Source of the DNA: a virus
DNA: 64,000 nt
Virus record (IMG/VR): IMGVR_UViG_3300022413_000008
Location: 4,315 to 68,314 of that record
Direction: 5' to 3' (one strand)
Position 1 is the first letter of the stretch. Each line of letters starts with the position of its first letter. The notes under the pieces were generated by a model. That model made no database searches, was not told the DNA's origin, and worked only from the letters and a program-made list of their open reading frames with translations. Positions 8,395 through 15,687 of this stretch are shown here, one piece after another. Made by a program: the position numbers and the translations under genes.

Positions 8395-8633
8395 CGTATC
8401 TATCGAGTCCGGGTGAGACCCGTTCGAAGGCAGCATCAAGGTCATGGACAGGGCCACGGTCATGGACAGGGCCACGGTCATGGGCAAGGTCGGCATGGTC
8501 AAGGTCATGGTCACGGTCACGATCAGGATCCTTGGCATGGTCACGGTCATGGTCATGTTGCCGGTCAAGGTCATGTTGCCGGTCACGGGCATGGTCACTG
8601 GCAGGGGTATGGTCGTGGTCACAGGCAAAATGA
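8391..8633 (+). CDS. Ser/Arg/Trp-rich mini-protein, unit 5
   Basis: [19 protein letters not shown]... Confidence 0.55.
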   Translation: MTYLSSPGETRSKAASRSWTGPRSWTGPRSWARSAWSRSWSRSRSGSLAWSRSWSCCRSRSCCRSRAWSLAGVWSWSQAK

Positions 8634-8643
8634 TTCAATGGCC

Positions 8644-8850
8644 ATGAGCGCACGAGGGGTCGAGGTTCTCTGTCAGATCTCGGCCCCTCACTTTGTCGCG
8701 GGGATTGTGGCTTGCAATGGCCGGGTTACTCATGCCGCACCGATCGTGCGTTACATGATTGGCTGGACTGGCAAGCAACTTCGGGATTACTGTAGGAAGA
8801 AATCATGGACAATCACCGTAATCACGAAGACCCAAGAAATCCGCAGTTAG
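8644..8850 (+). CDS. Conserved small phage protein
   Basis: [12 protein letters not shown]...[12 protein letters not shown]...RDYCRKKSW resembles a common phage hypothetical family; start could be 8638. Confidence 0.75.
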   Translation: MSARGVEVLCQISAPHFVAGIVACNGRVTHAAPIVRYMIGWTGKQLRDYCRKKSWTITVITKTQEIRS

Positions 8851-8933
8851 AACCACTCCTCCGGTTTGCTGAGAAGAAGATCCTACGCCACCGGTGCATC
8901 GCCTGCCAGGAAAAAACAGGTAAAGAGGAGACC

Positions 8934-9203
8934 ATGCCGATCAAGAAGACTCAAGACCCACTCGCCCCGGACACCACGGCTGATGTGACTTGGGGCCTGT
9001 GTCCTAACTGCCAGGCCATCATCGATGAGAAAGGCACCATTATTTTCTGTGATGGGCAGCGGTCCAGATGCGCCACGTTTAAGCAAGAATTAGCCGGCCG
9101 GCTCTTCAAGCCCGAGGCCCTAGGCCAGTGTCTGAAAGTAACATCTGCTGAGTTTGACGTGCTTGAAGAGACGTGCCGGAAAATGGCACAAGAAAAAGGT
9201 TGA
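8934..9203 (+). CDS. Hypothetical protein with CxxC
   Basis: gaggag RBS before ATG 8934; WGLCPNCQ. Confidence 0.7.
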   Translation: MPIKKTQDPLAPDTTADVTWGLCPNCQAIIDEKGTIIFCDGQRSRCATFKQELAGRLFKPEALGQCLKVTSAEFDVLEETCRKMAQEKG

Positions 9204-9229
9204 CAGTTCGAAACCCCTGGCGCTATTGT
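9200..9229 (+). promoter_or_regulatory. Sigma70-like promoter, probably leaderless
   Basis: TTGACA (9200) -18 bp- TATTGT -6 nt- ATG (9236), no SD. Confidence 0.5.
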
Positions 9230-9235
9230 GCCGGT

Positions 9236-10186
9236 ATGTCTGAACACAACGATCTTGAACTCATCTCCTCGGCCGAGTCCGTCAATGCTATCGAACGGGC
9301 GCAAATTGACACGCAGGTAGCGACGGCCAAGAAATACCCTCGTTCCCTATCAGAGGCTAAAAAACGCATGCTGGACGTGGTTCAGCTAGACCAGGAGACG
9401 GCAGCTGCCTGCTTCTACACCCTTCCAACCCGACGAGGCGGGGACAAGCCTATCCAGGGGCCGAGCATCCGCCTCGCAGAGGTAGCGATAGCCGCGTATC
9501 AGAACCTGTCGGCGGGCGCACGAATCGTCGCCGATGACGGCAACTTTGTCACGGCCCAGGGAATTTGCTTCGACATGGAGAATAACACTCGGATCACAAT
9601 GGAGGTCAAGAGACGGGTAGTGGACAAGAACGGCAGAAGGTATTCAGAGGACGTAGTCGGAACCACGATGAACGCCGCTTGTGCCATCGCTCTTCGGAAT
9701 GCTGTGCTCAAGGTTATCCCTGGCGCTTTGGTTAAGCCTGTCTACGAGAAGGCATTAGAGTTTGCTGTAGGGGATCAGAAGACACTGGCGATGCGGCGGG
9801 CAAAAGCGGTGAAGCATTTCGTGCAGATGGGGGTAGAGGAACCTCGAATCTTTGCGGCAATTGGTGTCCGGGGCCTAGAGGAAATAGGGATCGAAGAGCT
9901 TACGGTTCTCATGGGGTTGCACACTGCGATTACTGATGGGGCGTCAACTCTTGACGAAGCTTTCCCGGAACTTAGCACACCCAAGAAGTCAGGGCTCACT
10001 GATCCGCCACCACCACAGCCTGCGCCGCCGCGCAAGCGCAAAACCAAGGCAAAAGCCACCGAGGCACCACCACCCGAACCTGAACCCGAACCCGAACCCG
10101 AACCCGAACCCGAACCCGAACCCGAACCAGAACCAGAAGAACTGGCAGGGACTCCTCCGGACGACGATGAACCACAACTATTTTGA
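9236..10186 (+). CDS. Probable ssDNA-annealing/recombination protein with (PE)11 linker and acidic tail
   Basis: QVATAKKYPRS and GPSIRLAE motifs; adjacent to a PD-(D/E)XK nuclease; ends DDDEPQLF. Confidence 0.65.
   Translation: MSEHNDLELISSAESVNAIERAQIDTQVATAKKYPRSLSEAKKRMLDVVQLDQETAAACFYTLPTRRGGDKPIQGPSIRLAEVAIAAYQNLSAGARIVADDGNFVTAQGICFDMENNTRITMEVKRRVVDKNGRRYSEDVVGTTMNAACAIALRNAVLKVIPGALVKPVYEKALEFAVGDQKTLAMRRAKAVKHFVQMGVEEPRIFAAIGVRGLEEIGIEELTVLMGLHTAITDGASTLDEAFPELSTPKKSGLTDPPPPQPAPPRKRKTKAKATEAPPPEPEPEPEPEPEPEPEPEPEPEELAGTPPDDDEPQLF
10073..10138 (+). repeat. Hexamer repeat (CCNGAA)11 encoding (Pro-Glu)11
   Basis: Directly visible tandem repeat. Confidence 0.95.
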
Positions 10187-10398
10187 TTATGACAACAGAT
10201 GAAGTGAACAACGCGTTCTCGTATCACCCTCCGAAGGGTGATCAGGCAGAGAGGTATTCGAAGATCCGAGATGCAGGACATGGACTTGCATTCGTAATTC
10301 AGAAGCGTTGCCCTGAATCGAGAGAGAGATCATTGGCTCTAACCAAGCTGCGCGAAGCCATCATGTGGGCCAACGCTTCGATTGCGTGCAATGAATAA
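10183..10398 (+). CDS. Acb2/Tad1-like helical-hairpin protein (putative signal sponge)
   Basis: FSYHPP...RY..IR...CPESRERSLALTKLREAIMWANASIA motif. Confidence 0.65.
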   Translation: MIMTTDEVNNAFSYHPPKGDQAERYSKIRDAGHGLAFVIQKRCPESRERSLALTKLREAIMWANASIACNE

Positions 10399-10564
10399 CC
10401 GACGAGCCAAGTGGATCAATCGTCTCGCCGCCAGGCTGTGGATCATGAAACCTGACGAAGGCTCAGCTAAGACCATTGGCCGAAGAATCAAAAAGGCCTA
10501 CCAACAGGTGCCGCGCAACGAACGATTCAAATGGATGTGTGAACTAGAGGACCAAATGAGATGA
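10391..10564 (+). CDS. Small basic hypothetical protein
   Basis: Coupled between neighbours. Confidence 0.6.
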   Translation: MNNRRAKWINRLAARLWIMKPDEGSAKTIGRRIKKAYQQVPRNERFKWMCELEDQMR

Positions 10565-11700
10565 GTGACGAACGAGAAGGATTGCCTAGCGCAAGCGAGC
10601 TCGGCGCAATCGTAGCCTGTCCCGGGTATCAAAACGCGAAGGCTAAATTCCCGACCTCCCCCGAGCGGTACGCGCTGTTTGCCGCAGCTGGTGAGCAAAT
10701 GCACGAGGCTCTCCAGATGTCCGTTGACGGGGAGGATCAGGAGTGGGAAAACCTCTCGGCGCGAGAAGAGTGGGTTGTCAGCGAGTGCATTAAGATTAGG
10801 CGTGCCCTATGTGAGGAACTTCTCGGCAACAAAGATCCATCAAAGTCTTTCACCGAGCAGAGATTCTGGCTGACATCGGCCGGCCGACGGTTATTCTCCA
10901 GTCGCCTGGATTACGCTGCGTTGCGTGCTGATGGGCGCCACCTGCTGGTTGTCGACTACAAGACAGGGCCGGGCCATTACCCCGAAGCGACAATGAATTG
11001 GCAGATTCATGGCGGAATCGCAGCCTTCTGCTCCCAGGAAAACGCATCCCTCAATGGTCTTCAGCGGGTCTATGGAGCAATCATCCAGCCTCTAGTCACA
11101 CGGAAACCTGTCGTTCTGGAACTAGATCCTGGCGAGATAGCTCCCCTGCAGACGCAGATCAGCCATGCAATTGCCGCGAGCAACCTCAAGAGTCCTCCCA
11201 GGATACCTGGAATGCACTGCATCTATTGTCCTGCTAGAGGAGCCTGCCCTGAGGCACAATCCGCCGCACCTCTGACCATCGAGACTAGATGGAAGGAGGG
11301 ATTGCCACATCTGACGCCTGCTGCGATCACCAAGTTGTTGCCTTTTATCCCAGTGATCCAGAGCCGACTCGATGCACTGCGGGAGTTGGCCAAAGAAATT
11401 CTGGCGAAAGATCCTGATGGGTTGCCAGGTTACACCCTGAAGGAAGTAGGCGCCGGCCGTAAGATCACCGACGTTAACAAGTTTGCCGCAGTGGTGGCTG
11501 ATTACGTGACACGCGATGAACTCCGTCCGCTGATGACCATTCCCAATGCTAAGGTGCGAGAGCTGTGGGTCTCCCGGGCAGCCAAAGACCAATCGATCAC
11601 GAAGAAGGAAGCTACCGACCGTTGGGAACTGCTAATCGAAGAAGTGTCAGAACCTAACCCGACACAGAAGCGATTGTTCAAGAAAGGTAAAAGCAAATGA
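10561..11700 (+). CDS. Cas4-like PD-(D/E)XK exonuclease (DUF2800-like)
   Basis: PSAS...ACPG, G..MH, EQRF, RLD, VVDYKTG, Q and PG.HC.YCPARGAC motifs. Confidence 0.85.
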   Translation: MSDEREGLPSASELGAIVACPGYQNAKAKFPTSPERYALFAAAGEQMHEALQMSVDGEDQEWENLSAREEWVVSECIKIRRALCEELLGNKDPSKSFTEQRFWLTSAGRRLFSSRLDYAALRADGRHLLVVDYKTGPGHYPEATMNWQIHGGIAAFCSQENASLNGLQRVYGAIIQPLVTRKPVVLELDPGEIAPLQTQISHAIAASNLKSPPRIPGMHCIYCPARGACPEAQSAAPLTIETRWKEGLPHLTPAAITKLLPFIPVIQSRLDALRELAKEILAKDPDGLPGYTLKEVGAGRKITDVNKFAAVVADYVTRDELRPLMTIPNAKVRELWVSRAAKDQSITKKEATDRWELLIEEVSEPNPTQKRLFKKGKSK

Positions 11701-12188
11701 GCAAAAGAAAACAAGATAATCAGACCGAAGAGGCAGTCATCTCCGAACACGAGCAGCTCGCCCGTGATATCGCAAGGTCGTTGCTCGCTGGCATGGCGAA
11801 TACTTCCTTAGAACAGCGAGAGGCACAAGTCATTGCATGGGCGGCAGTCAATACGATTGACCTATTGAAACACCACTGGTTGAAGGATGTGCGGCAAGGC
11901 CTTATCGGCAATGACGCCAAGCTGACCCTCAACTGCTCCCACGTGGTGGACTTCAACACGGAACTGGGCGCCCTCGAGAGCAAAATCACCGGGAGCTTAG
12001 GTAAATGGAAGGACACGACAGGGCTGATTCCGCTCGCTGACCTAGACCAACTGGAGCTAGGATTCATGGAATCTAAGGAAAAAACGGTCGAGGTGCCTCC
12101 GGAAATACCCTGCGAGGACAACGCTGAGGACAACGACGAGGAGGAACATGGGACTGACGAGGACGATGGCGCGACGGATCTTACGTAA
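11697..12188 (+). CDS. Hypothetical protein with acidic tail and QLELGF motif
   Basis: 163 aa, coupled. Confidence 0.75.
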   Translation: MSKRKQDNQTEEAVISEHEQLARDIARSLLAGMANTSLEQREAQVIAWAAVNTIDLLKHHWLKDVRQGLIGNDAKLTLNCSHVVDFNTELGALESKITGSLGKWKDTTGLIPLADLDQLELGFMESKEKTVEVPPEIPCEDNAEDNDEEEHGTDEDDGATDLT

Positions 12189-12316
12189 GACACTTGACTG
12201 TTACTTAGCCGCAAAGCTCAAGGCTGCGGAGGAAAGAGAGCGAGCCAAGTGTGATCCACTGATTAGCGATGAAACCGTCAGTCAGATAGTTGAAGCAGCA
12301 AAGGAGCTGAAGCTTA

Positions 12317-12781
12317 ATGAGGATGACCCAGGCAGAAGTGGACGCATTCCTCAAGAGGAGGGGGGTAGCCAACGCATCAGTGTCCAAACTACCCCTCCCG
12401 GTAGCGGCCGCAAAGGCTGACACTCCTCCCCCCGACTGGAAAGCTACGGCTCCCAGAACGGAGGTAGCATACGATGGGATCCTTCAATCCCATGGCTACG
12501 ATGTCATTCTGCATGAACCGATGCGCTTCATCCTGGGACGGAAGTGTAGCTACACTCCTGACTTCCTGACGATTGCAGATGGGTGTATTTGGTTCCATGA
12601 AGTAAAAGGGGGATTCACCTATGACGACGCGAAAGTTAAATTCAAGGTCGCCGCAAAGATGTACCCGTTCTTTGGATGGGTACTGGCCGTGCAATCGAAG
12701 AAGGTCTGGACACGGCTGGATCTCCGAACAAACCGCCCGATAGACATAAACCAAATACTAAATACTTATGGACTGGAATGA
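12317..12781 (+). CDS. PD-(D/E)XK endonuclease (DUF1064 / resolvase-like)
   Basis: TE..Y, YTPDF, HEVKG and DAKVKFK motifs. Confidence 0.85.
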   Translation: MRMTQAEVDAFLKRRGVANASVSKLPLPVAAAKADTPPPDWKATAPRTEVAYDGILQSHGYDVILHEPMRFILGRKCSYTPDFLTIADGCIWFHEVKGGFTYDDAKVKFKVAAKMYPFFGWVLAVQSKKVWTRLDLRTNRPIDINQILNTYGLE

Positions 12782-13148
12782 ATACCTAAAGGCATCGCAG
12801 CGAACCTCCGCCGAGGACAGCCTGCAACACGCCGTGCTCGGGATAGGCACCGAAGCCGGAGAACTGCTTGATGCCTACAAGAAGAATCGATTCTACGCGG
12901 CACCGCTCGATCGAGTGAATCTCAAAGAAGAAATCGGAGACCTCATGTGGTATGTGGCTATGCTCTGTCGGAACAAAGGATTCGATCTTCATGAGTGCCT
13001 CGATCTCAATATAGCCAAACTCAAGAGGCGATATCCAAATGCGTTCGACGAAGTGAAGGCAGTTTATCGAAACCTGCCTGCCGAACGGAACGCGCTCGAG
13101 ACACCGCTGGACGCAAGCGCAAGAATCCAAACAGGAGACGATTTATGA
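12768..13148 (+). CDS. mazG: MazG-like nucleotide pyrophosphohydrolase
   Basis: LGIGTEAGELLD...KEEIGDLMWYVA...NIAKLKRRY. Confidence 0.9.
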   Translation: MDWNEYLKASQRTSAEDSLQHAVLGIGTEAGELLDAYKKNRFYAAPLDRVNLKEEIGDLMWYVAMLCRNKGFDLHECLDLNIAKLKRRYPNAFDEVKAVYRNLPAERNALETPLDASARIQTGDDL

Positions 13149-13558
13149 GCGATGACCTAAGACAAGGACAATTCTCCGGAGTGCTCGTACGTAACTCGGA
13201 GTATTCGAACGATCGAGGCTTCGACATGCTGAAGTTCACGATCGCCGTCGAGAAATATGTGAGACCCGGGCAGGCCGAAGACAATAGCATGTATGTCCAA
13301 TGCACGCTGTTTGGCAAGCGTGCCTCGGCACTCGAGGATCACTTGAGGAAGGGCACCACCATCAACGTCGCCGGGGAGATCTGGCTCCGACAATGGGTGA
13401 CCAAGCAGGGCAAGCCAGGAGCTGGACTTCAAATGACTGTGAGTCAGTTTTCTTTCCAGCGAGCGTCGGCCGGCAAGTCAACAGAGAAAGCCGTTGCTCC
13501 GCAACGATCGAAACCGAAACCCGAAACCGACGATGAAGACGATGATGTCCCGTTCTGA
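13145..13558 (+). CDS. ssb: Single-stranded DNA-binding protein
   Basis: OB-fold pattern (KFTIAV, CTLFGKRA, L.KG..I.VAGE) and C-terminal DDDVPF tip. Confidence 0.9.
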   Translation: MSDDLRQGQFSGVLVRNSEYSNDRGFDMLKFTIAVEKYVRPGQAEDNSMYVQCTLFGKRASALEDHLRKGTTINVAGEIWLRQWVTKQGKPGAGLQMTVSQFSFQRASAGKSTEKAVAPQRSKPKPETDDEDDDVPF

Positions 13559-13823
13559 TATACTCATTGAACTGCAAATCCTCCGGGGCTTCTCACCGAC
13601 AGCGGCCAGGGTGATGGTGAAACGGGCGGCTGTAGTTGAAGGTGCGACAACCGAGTGGCTCAATGGTCGGCCGGATTGCTCGGCTCAGTGGACGGAAATG
13701 ATCGAGACTCTAAAGAATGAAGGCGAATTACCAAAGCAAGTAGTAGGTGCCATCATCATGCGCTTTCTCGAAGATGAAATGAATCAGTATGACAAAGGCA
13801 TCCAAAAACCGCAGCTTAACTAA
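13542..13823 (+). CDS. Hypothetical protein
   Basis: Coupled ORF between ssb and the initiator-like gene. Confidence 0.6.
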   Translation: MMSRSDILIELQILRGFSPTAARVMVKRAAVVEGATTEWLNGRPDCSAQWTEMIETLKNEGELPKQVVGAIIMRFLEDEMNQYDKGIQKPQLN

Positions 13824-14289
13824 ACAGGTTGAAGACTACCTCGACGGGAACGTCAAGCCCGATGCGCCGTTCATTGTGGAGCTCCTGAATGGATCGCTCC
13901 TCGCTCCTGGCATTGATAAACAAGGTGAGTACACTGATGCCACAACCGCGATCCTGAAAGTCCTCCTGGAAAGGCTTGGCAAAAAGCGACCGACAAAGGT
14001 TGACCCTCGAGCGGTCGAAGCAATCTATAACCTCTATCCACGAAAGGTCGGCAAGAAGGCTGCGCTCAAGGCCATAACAAAAGCTGTCCTCGACAAGGCG
14101 CTGCCATTCGATGCGACCGACCTAGGTTCCAGAATCGAATTCCTCGTCAACCGCACTAGAGAATACGCTGAAGAACGCCTGAACGAGGACCCAAATTTCA
14201 CGCCACACCCAGCAACCTGGTTTAATCAGGGGCGCTACCTCGATGAACCGATATTACCAGAGAGAGAGGCAACCGGATGGACGACGTGA
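13789..14289 (+). CDS. Replication initiator / replisome-organiser-like protein (C-terminal domain type)
   Basis: YNLYPRKVGKKAA and FTPHPATWFNQGRYLDE motifs; upstream of a DnaC-like ATPase. Confidence 0.75.
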   Translation: MTKASKNRSLTKQVEDYLDGNVKPDAPFIVELLNGSLLAPGIDKQGEYTDATTAILKVLLERLGKKRPTKVDPRAVEAIYNLYPRKVGKKAALKAITKAVLDKALPFDATDLGSRIEFLVNRTREYAEERLNEDPNFTPHPATWFNQGRYLDEPILPEREATGWTT

Positions 14290-14552
14290 ACTCACAAGGC
14301 AAACAAACGGTAGGCCGCGTTAAGGTTTGCCAAGGGCACAAGTGCGGCAAAGCGCCGGACGGGTATAGCTACTTCTTTTGCAAGGAATGCGAGACTGAGG
14401 TGCCGAACAATCTCCTCGAAAAGATTCGCCGAGCTTATAATGCGGATGACGGGAAGGTACTAAGGGCGCTCATGACAAGGGCAGCAACCGATTTGCTTGC
14501 CAAACGAGAGGGACTATGCCGCAAGAAACGGAAAAACCGGAAGAAGCGCTAA
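14277..14552 (+). CDS. Small Cys-containing hypothetical protein
   Basis: CQGHKC and FCKEC. Confidence 0.6.
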   Translation: MDDVNSQGKQTVGRVKVCQGHKCGKAPDGYSYFFCKECETEVPNNLLEKIRRAYNADDGKVLRALMTRAATDLLAKREGLCRKKRKNRKKR

Positions 14553-15331
14553 CTAAGATTGATGGCGTATGCCAGGTGTGTGGCAAAGCTTTCAGTATGA
14601 TGTGCCACTCGGAGGGCCTAGCCTTTTTCAGTGACGGCATGTCAGATGGAGAGGGGTTCCGGTGGGTGTGCCACGATTGTGCCCATGCCGATCAGCCTGA
14701 CATGGCGGAGGCGAAGGGCCAGATCATGCAGCACATCCCGGTCACCTACCGGAAGTCAGACTGGCAGCAGCTTGAGTCAATCTCAGGCTTGTCTCATGCA
14801 ACGTTCAGCCGCCTGAGGGATTGGCCTCATACCGACAGCTTCCTGCTATGCGGCCCCTCACGCATGGGCAAGACCAGGCTCATGTGCATGCTACTAGGCC
14901 GGTATGCTGAGGAGGGCCGGGCCATAGAGTTCCACTCTCAACACAGCTTCCGGAAGGGTGTCGACGAGGGGATAAGGATGGGTTACTTCCATGACTGGTT
15001 TGATCGCCTGGCCTCGGCGGACGTGCTCGCACTGGACGATCTCGGCAAAACCAAGGGTGTCGGCAAGCGGTTCGAGGAGGAGCTGTTCAACATCATTGAC
15101 CGGCGCGTATCAGCTGGGCGGACAATCCTCGCGACAACCAATGCCAGCAAGCAAGGACTCCAGGCACGCTTCTCTCCTGAGATTGGAGGCCCTTTAGTGG
15201 CTCGACTGGATGAGATGTGCGCCTGCTTTGTATTCGGCCTACAGCAGGAGCCACTAGGCCTGACGGAAAAGCCTGAACCGGAACCGGAACCCGAAGAGGA
15301 AGAGGAAGAGGAAGAGGATATTGAGATATGA
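14516..15331 (+). CDS. DnaC/IstB-like AAA+ ATPase (helicase loader)
   Basis: Walker A GPSRMGKT, Walker B LALDDLG, FNIIDRR and ATTN; N-terminal CxxC pairs. Confidence 0.85.
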   Translation: MPQETEKPEEALTKIDGVCQVCGKAFSMMCHSEGLAFFSDGMSDGEGFRWVCHDCAHADQPDMAEAKGQIMQHIPVTYRKSDWQQLESISGLSHATFSRLRDWPHTDSFLLCGPSRMGKTRLMCMLLGRYAEEGRAIEFHSQHSFRKGVDEGIRMGYFHDWFDRLASADVLALDDLGKTKGVGKRFEEELFNIIDRRVSAGRTILATTNASKQGLQARFSPEIGGPLVARLDEMCACFVFGLQQEPLGLTEKPEPEPEPEEEEEEEEDIEI

Positions 15332-15687
15332 AGAACGATCTGCTTAGCCACCTAGACCAAATGCCACCGTTGGCGTGCCGTCTGGTTGCCAGGCACCGCT
15401 CCCATAAACTCATGTCGTTACGGATGCTTAAACAAATGTCCGGACTGTCCATGAACATGGTGAAGAGACTCAGCACAGCCATTACATGGGAAAACGTAAG
15501 GATTGCTGACGCAATAGCTTTTGCAAGTGCGTGCGGCGTCAACTTGCTCAAACCTAGACCCAAGCGTTTCTATCTGAAACGAGTGCTGGACGGCCCCACC
15601 CCAATCAAGACGCTGGCCGGCAAGGCAACCCAAGAAGAATATGTCACCAAACTACTAAAGCATTATGCGGAGAAAGCAACAGACTGA
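15328..15687 (+). CDS. Putative XRE/Cro-like HTH protein
   Basis: MSLRMLKQMSGLSMNMVKRL...IAFASACGV resembles an XRE HTH. Confidence 0.5.
   Translation: MKNDLLSHLDQMPPLACRLVARHRSHKLMSLRMLKQMSGLSMNMVKRLSTAITWENVRIADAIAFASACGVNLLKPRPKRFYLKRVLDGPTPIKTLAGKATQEEYVTKLLKHYAEKATD

Larger units (their letters stand above)
7471..8633 (+). repeat. Five-unit tandem array of NGGNCA hexamer tracts, each headed by ATGACRTATCTA.(C/T)GAGTC
   Basis: Head motif at 7471, 7761, 7994, 8197 and 8391; exact 46-bp repeat at 7946-7991 and 8149-8194. Confidence 0.95.

Noticed and set aside
7471-8633. CRISPR-like or mini-array reading of the 19-nt recurring motif
   Set aside because: The intervening segments are 175-270 bp of related low-complexity hexamers rather than unique 30-40 bp spacers. 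There is no cas operon, and the Cas4-like nuclease sits in a normal recombination context.
7471-8633. CsrB/RsmZ-like GGA sponge RNA
   Set aside because: Most units are GGT or GGG; the essential GGA is a minority.
7469-8653. Long antisense and alternate-frame ORFs (Val-Thr-Met and Asp-Arg-His repeats)
   Set aside because: The hexamer lacks stops in most frames, so these ORFs are expected by chance; they have no conserved starts or RBS.
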